Assembly: GCA_964558645.1 (NCBI GenBank)
Contig: CAZLEV010000003.1
Span: forward strand, 160,001 to 224,000
Direction: 5' to 3'
Length of the DNA: 64,000 nt
Origin: an uncultured archaeon
GTDB lineage: Archaea; Asgardarchaeota; Thorarchaeia; Thorarchaeales; Thorarchaeaceae
The notes under the pieces were generated by a model that saw only the letters and a program-made list of their open reading frames with translations, searched no databases and was not told the origin of the DNA. The translations under genes and the position numbers were made by a program. Shown here one piece after another: positions 20,115-30,101 of this stretch. Numbering within the stretch: the first letter of the stretch is position 1; every line of letters starts with the position of its first letter.

Positions 20115-20488
20115 AGCCCTCTTCCCCACACAGTGTCGAAACGTAGTGCTGACGCTTAGTCATGTGTCATCTTATTTTTCCATGGCTAAACCAAAACGTC
20201 TCTGAGGCCCAATCGAATTCCGTTAGACTCATGCTATCTCGCAGATTGTAGCCGACGCCGAAGTCACTGTCAAGCTGTACTCTCAAGAGCCAAGGATATG
20301 GAGAGTAACTCTCTGTTGTGAGCGCAATGGGACTCCGTTTTGACCAGACAAGTTGGGATAGATGACAGGCGACTCGCCGAGCCGGTCAAATGGCTTGTTC
20401 TAGTAACTGTGTGCTTGACAATATCTTTGAGAAAGCTTAAGTCCTCGATTGCGTATAGACGGTTGGTTCGTCTGTCTGAGGGAGAAAG

Positions 20489-23062
20489 ATGAAGAAGTCT
20501 TTGAAGGTCGCCTTTTCTGCCGTAGGTCCAATTGCCATGATAGTACTATTGACCATCCCAATAGGTCCGCTAGCAGGTGGTTTGGGGGTATTGCAGCCTA
20601 TAGGAGGTATCTATGATGTTGGTATCGGCGTAAATGACATAACATCTCAAACTCTGGTTCTATCTGACCTTGGCAGTCCAGTGGATGTAATCCTCGATGA
20701 ATGGGGCATTCCTCATATCTACGCGGAGACCATATCCGATGCTTTTCTGGTGTTGGGATATTTGCATGCTCGTGACCGGCTGTTTCAGATGACGATGCAG
20801 AAGTACCTTGCTGCTGGACGCATCAGTGAGATTGTTGGAGGAAGGGCTATCAGTTCGGATAAGTACTATCGTGCTATAGGCCTAGCCCGGTCGGCTGAGC
20901 TGACGTATCAGGCGTTTCTAGAGATGGCGGAGAACGACCCTGATGTTGCATACGTGATGGAGAACATAGATGCATATGTCACCGGAATCAACACGTTCTT
21001 GGACTCGATGAGCAGCCGTGAGACCCCATTGGAGCTGAAGATTCTTGGATTCATCCCTGAGGCATGGGAACCTGTTGACATTTTCGCATGGTCGAAGATG
21101 ATGAGTTGGGGCCTCTCTGGAGGCTTCAGAAGGGATATCATGCGCTACACCTTACGCGAGGCACTCGACAATGAAACGATGCTGGAGAACCTCTACCCTG
21201 ATGTCATGCCCTATGCTGTGCCGATAGTTCCCGAGCAATACAATCTCAGCATAACGGAGTATCCAGATGGTCCCGCTGGCTGGCCAGCACCTGCAGCCTC
21301 TGAACCAGATTCGCGAGCTGCCGAGCCCGATGTCATGCAACTGGCAACGACTGAGTTAGAGGCTCTTCTTGCCTATGACTCACAGGTCATCAATCCATTT
21401 CCTGATGTTTCAGTGATTGGCAGCAACAGCTGGGCTGTCGACGGCTCCAAGAGTGCCACGGGGTATCCAATCCTAGCTAACGATCCGCATCTCCAGCTTC
21501 AGCTACCATCACTGTGGTACGAGGTCCACCTCGTTGTTCCCGGTGAGATGAATGTTCAGGGCGGTAGTCTCGCAGGAACGCCAGCTGTGCTCATCGGCCA
21601 TACCGAACATATCTCTTGGGGCATGACCAATGTTGGTGCGGACGTTCTCGATCTCTTTGTAGAAGAGGTCAATCCAGCCAATTCCAGCCAGTACCGTTAC
21701 AATGGAGAATGGGTTGACTTTCAGGTTGTGAACGAACTCATCTATACAGCCGAGGGAAACATGATCGAATTCCCAGTTACATGGAGTGTTCATGGTCCGT
21801 GCATTGATTCACTCATTGAAGGCTATGGCCCTGCTGAGGACAGCATTGTGAACCTGTCGATGAACTGGACAGGAACCGGTGTAACTCATGAAATTCTGGC
21901 CGTTTCGATGTTGAATCTAGCGAATGATCTCGATGGATACTACGATGCACTCTATTGGTGGGACTCACCACCACACAATTTCATCTATGCAGATGACTTT
22001 GGCAACATCGCAATCACGGTGGCAGGCAGATTCCCAATAAGAAGCGGGTACTCAGGGAAGTATCCAGTGCAGGGTCTGAATGACTCGATTGGGATGACGA
22101 GTTCAATCCCATACGCGTATCTGCCGAGAAGCGTGAATCCGTCACGGGGCTATCTTCAGTCGGCGAATCAACTCTCCATAGACCCAGCGATCTACGCTTA
22201 CTCTCTGCTGGGTCCCCAATCTGACTCTTATCGGGGCCGTCGAATCGACCATTTGCTAGCGACCGACTCGGACATCACAGTTGAAGACATGATGGTCTAC
22301 CAAGCCGACGTCCTAGACGTTTCAGCTGAGAGCATGGTTGGTTTTGTTGTGGACGGCTGGGAGGATAGCGAGGAGAACAATGCATCAATACAGGACATGG
22401 TTGACATTCTCTCGTCTTGGAACTTCGCAATGTCAATTGACAATGCAGCTCCGACAATCTGGCGCTATCTTCTCGAAACCTTGAAGCATGCCATGTTCGA
22501 TGAGGTTTCTTCAGTAGGGCTGAGTCCAACATCTGTCCGTACTCCTGTCCTTGAACAGATCCTAAGGACTGATGACGCGTCTTACATCGACAATCATGAT
22601 ACAGTCGAAACCGAGTCCATAGATGACATCGTGGTGATGGCTCTGCATCAGTGCTACAACGAGATTGTTGAGGATATGGGTACAGACATAGCGAACTGGA
22701 CATATGGCGAGTATCATATTCTGAGAGTGGAGCATCTGGCCGGTTTCACCTATTTGGGCGGGACACCACATCCCGGCAGCGGGTACACGCTGAACGCTGC
22801 TGGGGGGTGGGTAGTAGACGGGGGACCATCAAGACGAATGATTGTCAGACATGGACCCAATCCTGCTTACTACACAGTCTATCCCGGTGGCCAGAGTGGC
22901 AACATGTTCAGCCAGCACTGGTCTGACTTGTTCGTCCTCTGGAACGGTTACGATGAGGCGACTGACCACTACGGTTATACTGAGGAACACTTCTATGCCT
23001 CGTTTACTGAGTTCGTAGAGGCCGGAACTGGCATTGAAAGAAACATCACATTCGTCCCATGA
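20489..23062 (+). CDS. Penicillin acylase family (Ntn-hydrolase, S45), N-terminally anchored
   Basis: DEWGIPHIYA, GYLHARDRLFQM, nucleophile motif GSNSWAV, LANDPHL, PGGQSG. Confidence 0.95.
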   Translation: MKKSLKVAFSAVGPIAMIVLLTIPIGPLAGGLGVLQPIGGIYDVGIGVNDITSQTLVLSDLGSPVDVILDEWGIPHIYAETISDAFLVLGYLHARDRLFQMTMQKYLAAGRISEIVGGRAISSDKYYRAIGLARSAELTYQAFLEMAENDPDVAYVMENIDAYVTGINTFLDSMSSRETPLELKILGFIPEAWEPVDIFAWSKMMSWGLSGGFRRDIMRYTLREALDNETMLENLYPDVMPYAVPIVPEQYNLSITEYPDGPAGWPAPAASEPDSRAAEPDVMQLATTELEALLAYDSQVINPFPDVSVIGSNSWAVDGSKSATGYPILANDPHLQLQLPSLWYEVHLVVPGEMNVQGGSLAGTPAVLIGHTEHISWGMTNVGADVLDLFVEEVNPANSSQYRYNGEWVDFQVVNELIYTAEGNMIEFPVTWSVHGPCIDSLIEGYGPAEDSIVNLSMNWTGTGVTHEILAVSMLNLANDLDGYYDALYWWDSPPHNFIYADDFGNIAITVAGRFPIRSGYSGKYPVQGLNDSIGMTSSIPYAYLPRSVNPSRGYLQSANQLSIDPAIYAYSLLGPQSDSYRGRRIDHLLATDSDITVEDMMVYQADVLDVSAESMVGFVVDGWEDSEENNASIQDMVDILSSWNFAMSIDNAAPTIWRYLLETLKHAMFDEVSSVGLSPTSVRTPVLEQILRTDDASYIDNHDTVETESIDDIVVMALHQCYNEIVEDMGTDIANWTYGEYHILRVEHLAGFTYLGGTPHPGSGYTLNAAGGWVVDGGPSRRMIVRHGPNPAYYTVYPGGQSGNMFSQHWSDLFVLWNGYDEATDHYGYTEEHFYASFTEFVEAGTGIERNITFVP

Positions 23063-23073
23063 GGTGAGACAGG

Positions 23074-23538
23074 ATGACAGGACTTGACGATATATTTCCA
23101 GATGTAGGTGTTCTTCCAGCTGCAGTAGTTGTGGCCCTAATCGGCTTGTCTCTCCAGTTGAGCGGTATATGGGCCACCATGTTAATTGCTGGATTCTTTG
23201 CTGCCCTTCTAACACGGAAACACACACACTCGTTCGTTGCTGGATTCCTTGGAGTAGCAGTGGCCTGGTCGATACTATTTGCGTATCTCGCGGCAACAGC
23301 CCAAGCGCTACAGATAGCTGAGTTCTTCATCGGCCTGCTGGGCCTCTCCGGTTTGGGGTGGCTAGTCATCGTAATCAGCGTTTTTCTGGGTGGCCTTCTC
23401 GGGGGCTTCGGTGCCCTTCTGGGAAGATCGGTAGTTGAATTGGTTGATGAGATGTTTGCATGTCGGACTGCTCAGGAATCTCATGGCAGTGAACCTTCAA
23501 ATGACTGTGCATCTACATCGCGCCTTCGGAAACAGTAA
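23074..23538 (+). CDS. Small multi-TM membrane protein
   Basis: About four Gly-rich hydrophobic helices; GAGGTGA SD overlaps the acylase stop. Confidence 0.8.
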   Translation: MTGLDDIFPDVGVLPAAVVVALIGLSLQLSGIWATMLIAGFFAALLTRKHTHSFVAGFLGVAVAWSILFAYLAATAQALQIAEFFIGLLGLSGLGWLVIVISVFLGGLLGGFGALLGRSVVELVDEMFACRTAQESHGSEPSNDCASTSRLRKQ

Positions 23539-23566
23539 TATTTTGGATGAATCCTGAGTACCGTGA

Positions 23567-24268
23567 TTGCGTATGGTTGGCCTAGTTGATTCGTTAAGAA
23601 AGCTTCAGAAGGACTCGCGTCTCTACAACGATCTTCTTCATGAGTCAGAGAACCCTCTAAGGTTAGCAGTGGAGCTAACCGACACTGGCGAGGCTGCGAC
23701 AATGACATTGAAGCAGGGAGATGGCGTGGTGAGCATAGAAGAGGGCGCTTCTTCGGTAAGCCTCAAGATAACTCTAGACTCGGACACACTTCAGAGCATC
23801 CTAGATGAAGAGGCCGACGCATTTGCGATAGCAGGGAGGTCGAGCATGGATGAGGTTCGTCCAATCAACTTCGAGTTCCTTGAAAGAGACCGTGCCAAGG
23901 ACTCCATGGAGGCAATCAAGAGCCTGGCAACCTTCTTCTTCCTTCCTGGACGAATAAAGACAAAGGAACTTGCAGTAGAACGGGCTGGTGAGGCTCATGG
24001 TGCAAGACCAATCCCGATCGTATACTGGCAAGGCCTTCGTCTTGCTTGGTATAGAATCCCGTCGGATACAACTCTCAATGAGAAGGGTGAGCACGACCCT
24101 TGGCCTCAAGCGTTTGTGATCTTGGAAGGAAGCGGCACAGTATGCATCGAAGAAGAAGAACGGGAGCTCGCCCCTAATACAGTATACTACATCCCGCGGA
24201 ATGTTCTTCATCAGGTTAAGGCGGTTAGTGATGTTGACCTGATATGGATTGCATGGGATGCAGAATGA
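23567..24268 (+). CDS. SCP2-like domain fused to a C-terminal cupin domain
   Basis: N-half LAVELTDTGEAATMTLKQG..SIEEG..LKITLDSDTLQSIL resembles SCP2. C-half HDPWPQAFVILEGSG...YYIPRNVLHQV is cupin-like. Confidence 0.7.
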   Translation: MRMVGLVDSLRKLQKDSRLYNDLLHESENPLRLAVELTDTGEAATMTLKQGDGVVSIEEGASSVSLKITLDSDTLQSILDEEADAFAIAGRSSMDEVRPINFEFLERDRAKDSMEAIKSLATFFFLPGRIKTKELAVERAGEAHGARPIPIVYWQGLRLAWYRIPSDTTLNEKGEHDPWPQAFVILEGSGTVCIEEEERELAPNTVYYIPRNVLHQVKAVSDVDLIWIAWDAE

Positions 24269-24322
24269 TTGCTTCTGGAGCCATCTGTATGCGTCTAACA
24301 ATTGAAACTGCCCAGACATGTA

Positions 24323-25837
24323 CTAACCGCTATCCAGAGTGATTCGGAAGATGTTCTTATTTTCAGTCTCCCTTCTGAAATAGCTGATTTGTCCACCGTA
24401 CCTGTCGATCAGAATCCGGGCGGCATAGAGCTGGATATTCAAAGTTGAGAGCTCCGGAAGATCGGAGCTGGTCAAAAATCGCTCATCGCCGTCCGAGAGA
24501 GATCTACCCCGGCTCTCGATATAGATGTTGACTACTCCATTTTGAGACGAACCTGAACTCTTCAGTTCGACATCATCTTCGGGTGCTAGTCTGTACGCTT
24601 GGATGATCAGATTGGCAAACAGGTCAGTCAGCATCATGTCGGCCCTTACAATCAAGCTCTTGTCTATGGCGACTTTGGCGGACACTGGTCTTTCCCGAAA
24701 TGTCTGTCTGACCGTTTCAAGACCCCTCATCAGATAAGTATGGGCTACAACCGGGACGAGCCTCACGTCTTTGGCGGACTTGATTTCCGAGAGCTTTGAT
24801 ACCTGTCTGTTGAAGAGGGTGGCTTCATTGCTCAGCGCAACAGCCTCCTTGTATGGTTTTTCCTGACTCGTGGTCCGCTCTACGTGTGAGAGAAGCTCGA
24901 GATATGTCACGATACCCTGCAGGAGATTGCCCATCTTGTGAGCCCACATATGAAGATAGAAGTCACTCTCCCTTCTGGCAGCCCGAAGTTCTTCTGTTCT
25001 CCTTTCAACAAGAGACTCAAGAACACGGTGGGGTTCGATTATCGATGTTAGAATCATTCCCAGGGCTAGAATGACAAACCCGGCAAAGATGCCGCCTAAC
25101 CAGAGAATCTCCGCAATTTGGTGGGGGTCTTCCAGCACAGTGTAGATGATGAAGGCACCTATCCACAGAACCAGTGCTAGAGTCGATGCTAGAATCGTGC
25201 GGCTTCTGCTACGGTACCATTCAAGCATGTATCTGAGTAGTGCCAAGGTTGCGCTGCCTCCGACAACCCCTGTAAGAATGAGCCCAACAGGAGTGAGTCC
25301 GAACAGGCCTCCTTGAGGATCTGTGACTCTGAATAGTGGAACTGGAGATATCAAGAGGAAGACGAAAGATAATGGCTGTAAGACAGCTCCCCAGAGTATC
25401 ACGAATCTCTTCTTCTTGGTGGTGATCTCTGCGTCGCCCGGCACCGAGCCCGCTAACACGCCTGGTGTTAGAAGGAACCCAAGTCCCGATACAATCGTGC
25501 GATTCCTGTCGCGAGTTGATACCACTGAGAGCGAGATTATCGGATGCGTCACAAGGTAGGCAAACGAGAATAGTACCACGTTGGCACCGAGGAACATGAT
25601 GATTAGACTTCTTAGGTTGGGTTGCTGTGTGTAGCGAACAAAGCTATATGTGGCGACAATCCCCGACGTAGTTGCCAGCATGGCCACCAGAACACTAAGC
25701 CAGAATGCCGATTCCTGTGCTTCTACAATAGACCAGGCCAGACCTGACCCTGTGACCAGAAGCATTCCAACCAGTAGCACAGCAAAGGCTAATCCTATGA
25801 TTGAGTCATAGTAACGGTTCTTCCATTCTGGTGGCAC
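24323..25837 (-). CDS. Multi-TM membrane sensor with degenerate histidine-kinase module
   Basis: About 8 TM helices, coiled coil (LVERRTEELRAARRESDFY), H-box-like WAHKMGNLLQG, and an HATPase-like C-terminus with eroded N/G1/G2 boxes. Confidence 0.82.
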   Translation of the reverse strand: MPPEWKNRYYDSIIGLAFAVLLVGMLLVTGSGLAWSIVEAQESAFWLSVLVAMLATTSGIVATYSFVRYTQQPNLRSLIIMFLGANVVLFSFAYLVTHPIISLSVVSTRDRNRTIVSGLGFLLTPGVLAGSVPGDAEITTKKKRFVILWGAVLQPLSFVFLLISPVPLFRVTDPQGGLFGLTPVGLILTGVVGGSATLALLRYMLEWYRSRSRTILASTLALVLWIGAFIIYTVLEDPHQIAEILWLGGIFAGFVILALGMILTSIIEPHRVLESLVERRTEELRAARRESDFYLHMWAHKMGNLLQGIVTYLELLSHVERTTSQEKPYKEAVALSNEATLFNRQVSKLSEIKSAKDVRLVPVVAHTYLMRGLETVRQTFRERPVSAKVAIDKSLIVRADMMLTDLFANLIIQAYRLAPEDDVELKSSGSSQNGVVNIYIESRGRSLSDGDERFLTSSDLPELSTLNIQLYAARILIDRYGGQISYFRRETENKNIFRITLDSG

Positions 25838-26042
25838 TTGGCACCGCTCCCTAACTCATCCGAATTGGATGCAGCTTCTATTGCTGATATCAATCGCTGA
25901 ATATAGTTTCTTCTGTGATTGAATCGATAGTGCTTTCTCTGAGCCGTGGATGCAACCCTTAGAGAAATGTGTCCTCCGACAAAAGAGAGTCCCTCCTAGT
26001 TGAAAGAAGAGGCCCTCTCTTGCTCATTGTGAGGAAAAAAAC

Positions 26043-26076
26043 CGGGGCAGCGATGAGAGCTAGGCCCTCACCGCCG
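26043..26076 (-). terminator. GC-rich imperfect hairpin just downstream of the beta-helix gene
   Basis: Imperfect inverted repeat about 10 nt after the stop. Confidence 0.4.
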
Positions 26077-26086
26077 TATACTCTCC

Positions 26087-29000
26087 TTAGCTAGGTCTTC
26101 TCTTTCGTATATACCAAATCAGAGCACCTACCACCACGATAACGCCCACGACTCCCGCAATCAGGAGTAATGGAACGATGTCGGGAGGTGGAGGTGTTGC
26201 GGTAGGAACAGCCGCTACGACCGTGACAACGACTGTATCGGTTGCAGTATTTCCACTCTTGTCTGAAACTGTTATCGCGAACTCATAGGTTCCGGGGTCA
26301 AGTCCATCGAGATTCACAACTACCTTGCCGCCTCCCCAACTACCAGATGCATATAACGTGGAGTTCTCCATCACCTCGAAGGAGGCAGGGTATTGGTCTG
26401 ACGGTGTCCATGTGATGGTATTACCCACTGTGCCCTCGACGTACACGATGTCGGCGGGTGAGTCGATGGTGGGACTGATGTCATCGTTGATGACCAGTAC
26501 TCTCAAAGTATCTTCTGCCATGTTTCCGTCAACGTCATAGATGACCATCCGAAGGATACGTAGCCCCTCTGAGAGGTCATCAATGCCAACTTCAAGAACT
26601 CCTGAAGTCCACGAACCTGTTTCAGATTCGATGTCATCCACATAGAGAACGTAGTGGTCAGGGTTCAGGTCATCCACAGTCCATGTCACTGTCTGACCAG
26701 TTGCGCCGACAAAGGCTTCTCTATCTGGAGCACTGCTAATGGTGGGCGGAGTCGCATCATAGACGTGTATGTTGACCGTGTCTGTCACATAGTTCTCATG
26801 GATATCCCACACAGTGATTACCAACGTATGGGTGCCGTATGGCAATCCATCAATGTTGACGATGATACTGGTATAGTTCCATGCATCCCCGGCCCAGTAC
26901 TCCGAGTTGATCTCAACTTCCCAGTTGCGGAGGTTATCATCAACAGGGTACCATGTGATGGTATTTCCGGTGGAACCCTCTGCGTAGGACATATCCTGAG
27001 GTTGGTTGATGATGGGCGTGGTGGGGAGGAATCCCTGTGGATATCTGTCCTGCGCATTCCCGATTATGACCGGAGCGCCAGAGAACGGGTACCAGTAGTT
27101 GCCCATGCTCACATTATCGTCCCAGTTCCGAACCGAGGCATCATAGCCATTTCCTTCCAGGTTCATCACAAACACGTTGTAGTAGACCGAGACGTTGATT
27201 CCCGATGAAACATATACTCCGTACTCCGAATTCCATCTAATGGAGTTGTTCAGGATGAAGATGTTCGCGCCTCCCTCGACGTAGACTCCGTAGCCGTTGT
27301 CCTCTATCTTGTTGTAGGTGACATTGACCCAATCAGACCATAAAAGGTAGACTGCCCGGTCGGTACAATACGAGAAGTTGGAATCACTGATTGAAACATT
27401 GTCAGAGGAAAAGACGAACACCCCTACTGATGCGTTCGTAAATGTAGACTCTTGGACAATGTCGTTGTTGAAGTTATCCAGAAATACCCCGTAACTGTTG
27501 AGGTCCTTGAAGTCGCACGAGGTGAGGAACATGCCAGAACCATCGTGGGCGTACACCCCATAGTGTGAGTTTGTCACGCTGCACTGACTGATTCGGACAT
27601 TGGTTGTAGTGAAGAGTCTGATCCCTACGCCATTGGATTCATAACAGTCCGCGACAGTGGTTCCAGTGATGTTGATGTTGGTGACCGAGAAGGTCGCGAT
27701 GCCCCACCTGCTATCAGAACCATCTGAGTCGCAGTCCTGAATTGTCACGTTCTCGGCCAGATACCCGATGTAGGCCGCAAGGTTGTTGGAGAAATGAGCA
27801 TCCTGGATGAGCAGATTGTGAGTTCCGTATCCCGCGATAGGCACGGAGGCAGAATCGAAGTCGCCCCCAGTCACCGTGCAGTCAGTGGAGTTCATGAGCA
27901 AGATCTGGCCATAGTCATCCCCATTCAGGTCAATGCTCGAACCATTCCATGCGTAGTAGAGCGGCTTACCGTTCACAGTATTGCCTGAGAACTCGTGCTC
28001 ATAGGTATCGATTAGGTGGAGTTCGAAGACGAACCCACAGCCCGTCAATGTGTTGTCTCTGAAGTGAGAATCTGTTATACCGTGGAGGAAGATACCCTGC
28101 TCTGACGGAAAGTCAATGGAGTTATCAACAAACGTGATGTTTGTGGAGCCCATCACATGCACTGCCTCCAGACCTGTTCCACTTAGTGTGTTTGCAGCTA
28201 CCTCTACATTCATGCTACTCGACATATAGAACGCCTCGCCACCTCCCTCCACAGTGTTCCCAGAAACCGTCGAGTTGTGCAAGCCATGCATATTGATTCC
28301 ATACGTTTGACTACCATTCACCCAGTTGTTGGCAATAGTTGTCCTGGGGCTATTTAATGCCAATATACCTTGTGAGGATGCCATGCTGATATCGTTATCA
28401 TTGATGTTGGCGTCGGGACACTGCATCACGTAGATGCCACTGTGAGTGGTGCCGGTGATGGTGTTCATATCAATGAAACATCGCGGTGATACTACAACCC
28501 AAATCGCATATGCGCCAGAGTCGGAAATCGAATTGGACGTTATTGTCGAGTTTTCACAATGGTCTAGGGCGATGCCAAATGCACCCGCGTTGGATATGGA
28601 ACTACCTACTATGTCTACTGGGTACGAATAGTTGGCGTATATTCCAGAGGCAACTATTGAATCGATCGTTATGCCGCTGAGTAATGTTCGGTTTGAGTCG
28701 GTAATCTCGATTCCGAAGTACGTGGTGTTGGATATCGAGCTGTCAGTGATCTCACTATGCGGAGAGTTGACCACGAGGATTCCTGATGCCTCAGCGTCTG
28801 TCAGGGTCAGTCCAGTGATTGTGGTCTCCCAAGAATCAGAAACAACGACACCTTGTTCTCCACTCGAAACAACATTACAGGATGAGAGTGTCGTATGGTT
28901 CGACCAATCGATCTCGATGCCGATATCTGCCTGCGAGCCAAAGGTGGAATCAGTCACGCTGGTTGCGTTGCACTTGTAGATCTGTAGTCCGGGGCGGCTA

Positions 29001-29842
29001 GTCCCGTGAGCCTCACTCGCCGCAATGCTTGCCCCCTCCACCGTGTACAGGCGAATGCCATATCCTTGGTTTTCGTGAGGTACGGCAACGTTGTTTATCT
29101 CAACATCGATATCGAACTCGAAGGCGTATCCTGCCAGAAGGCCGGTGCTGAATTCATCAGTGACCGTGGTGTGGTTGGAATACCGGACTACTGCCGTGTA
29201 GTAACTGGGGTTATTACCTGCAAGAACGTTGTGGGAAAGTGTCAGGTCTGTACAGTACGAGCATGTAAGTGCTCGATGGGTTGTTGAGTTCATTCTGTTC
29301 CAGCTGACTTCCGATTCTGAGGATGCATAGACAAAGACTGCAATCTGATTTGCAAGCACGTCACAATGCATAATCTTCGTGCCGGCAGTATCGAAGGCTT
29401 CAATCCCACGACCTGCTGACATAATGGTGCAATACTCAACAAGCCCATTCGATACGTTGAGAAAGGCGATACCAACCTCATTTGACATCTGGTTCACATA
29501 ACAGTCTCGGATGATGAAGTATGCATCCGTGTTGGTGATATGTATTGCCACCTTTCCTACGTCATATGTGATATTCAGGGCTTCGATGATAAAGGGATCC
29601 ACCTCACTGCCGCTGCCGGGCCAGCCCTGTCCCACGAAATCATCTGTCCCGTTGATGAGAATCGGGACGTGGTCAGTGAGGTCTTCAGAGTCAAGACGTA
29701 TTCCAGGTTCTTGTGCCAGACTGATGTTTCTCTCGGGAGCTGCATCAAGTGCGGCAGGTTTCGTTACGAAGTATCCCGTCAACACAAGAGGCTGAACAAG
29801 TAAAATGAACGCAAGTATTCCAGTCATAATCCGTTTTTGCAA
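26087..29842 (-). CDS. Beta-helix (NosD-like) surface protein with three Ig-like repeats and C-terminal TM, copy A
   Basis: Signal peptide, WPGSG..DPF motif, many GI..N.TI..N turns, GNYW, three P.I..P.D...G..I.W repeats, TM, RKRR. TTG at 29842 lies 6 nt after GGAGGAG, so the track start of 29887 is too long. Confidence 0.92.
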   Translation of the reverse strand: MQKRIMTGILAFILLVQPLVLTGYFVTKPAALDAAPERNISLAQEPGIRLDSEDLTDHVPILINGTDDFVGQGWPGSGSEVDPFIIEALNITYDVGKVAIHITNTDAYFIIRDCYVNQMSNEVGIAFLNVSNGLVEYCTIMSAGRGIEAFDTAGTKIMHCDVLANQIAVFVYASSESEVSWNRMNSTTHRALTCSYCTDLTLSHNVLAGNNPSYYTAVVRYSNHTTVTDEFSTGLLAGYAFEFDIDVEINNVAVPHENQGYGIRLYTVEGASIAASEAHGTSRPGLQIYKCNATSVTDSTFGSQADIGIEIDWSNHTTLSSCNVVSSGEQGVVVSDSWETTITGLTLTDAEASGILVVNSPHSEITDSSISNTTYFGIEITDSNRTLLSGITIDSIVASGIYANYSYPVDIVGSSISNAGAFGIALDHCENSTITSNSISDSGAYAIWVVVSPRCFIDMNTITGTTHSGIYVMQCPDANINDNDISMASSQGILALNSPRTTIANNWVNGSQTYGINMHGLHNSTVSGNTVEGGGEAFYMSSSMNVEVAANTLSGTGLEAVHVMGSTNITFVDNSIDFPSEQGIFLHGITDSHFRDNTLTGCGFVFELHLIDTYEHEFSGNTVNGKPLYYAWNGSSIDLNGDDYGQILLMNSTDCTVTGGDFDSASVPIAGYGTHNLLIQDAHFSNNLAAYIGYLAENVTIQDCDSDGSDSRWGIATFSVTNINITGTTVADCYESNGVGIRLFTTTNVRISQCSVTNSHYGVYAHDGSGMFLTSCDFKDLNSYGVFLDNFNNDIVQESTFTNASVGVFVFSSDNVSISDSNFSYCTDRAVYLLWSDWVNVTYNKIEDNGYGVYVEGGANIFILNNSIRWNSEYGVYVSSGINVSVYYNVFVMNLEGNGYDASVRNWDDNVSMGNYWYPFSGAPVIIGNAQDRYPQGFLPTTPIINQPQDMSYAEGSTGNTITWYPVDDNLRNWEVEINSEYWAGDAWNYTSIIVNIDGLPYGTHTLVITVWDIHENYVTDTVNIHVYDATPPTISSAPDREAFVGATGQTVTWTVDDLNPDHYVLYVDDIESETGSWTSGVLEVGIDDLSEGLRILRMVIYDVDGNMAEDTLRVLVINDDISPTIDSPADIVYVEGTVGNTITWTPSDQYPASFEVMENSTLYASGSWGGGKVVVNLDGLDPGTYEFAITVSDKSGNTATDTVVVTVVAAVPTATPPPPDIVPLLLIAGVVGVIVVVGALIWYIRKRRPS

Positions 29843-30011
29843 TCTCCACTCCTCCGGGAGTCTTTTCATGAAGCATCGCTGAGGCATGTGAAAGAACTGG
29901 ACAAGCGCAGTGATGTGCCTGTGTTGTCCATATGGTGCGGCGAACGGAGCTCGCTTCCTTTACCTTCACGCCAGTGCATCAAGACGTGCTGCTTTCCTCT
30001 CGGCAAACTCA

Positions 30012-30023
30012 CTAATAAACTTC
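30012..30023 (-). promoter_or_regulatory. BRE/TATA-like promoter (GAAGTTTATTAG) of copy A
   Basis: Conserved upstream of the paralogs. Confidence 0.6.
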
Positions 30024-30063
30024 ACAGGTTCATAGATGCGTACTTCTCGATAAGAGTAAAGCA

Positions 30064-30094
30064 TTGGGCCCGGGCACGGCGCCCGGGTTCCCAA
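30064..30094 (-). terminator. Strong GC hairpin 3' of copy B
   Basis: ttgggcccgggcac...gcccgggttcccaa inverted repeat 7 nt after the stop. Confidence 0.6.
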
Positions 30095-30101
30095 CAAGAC
30101 T

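Noticed and set aside
29843-29887. N-terminal extension MPQRCFMKRLPEEWR of copy A
   Set aside because: It contains the SD. TTG at 29842 gives a proper signal peptide aligned with the paralogs.
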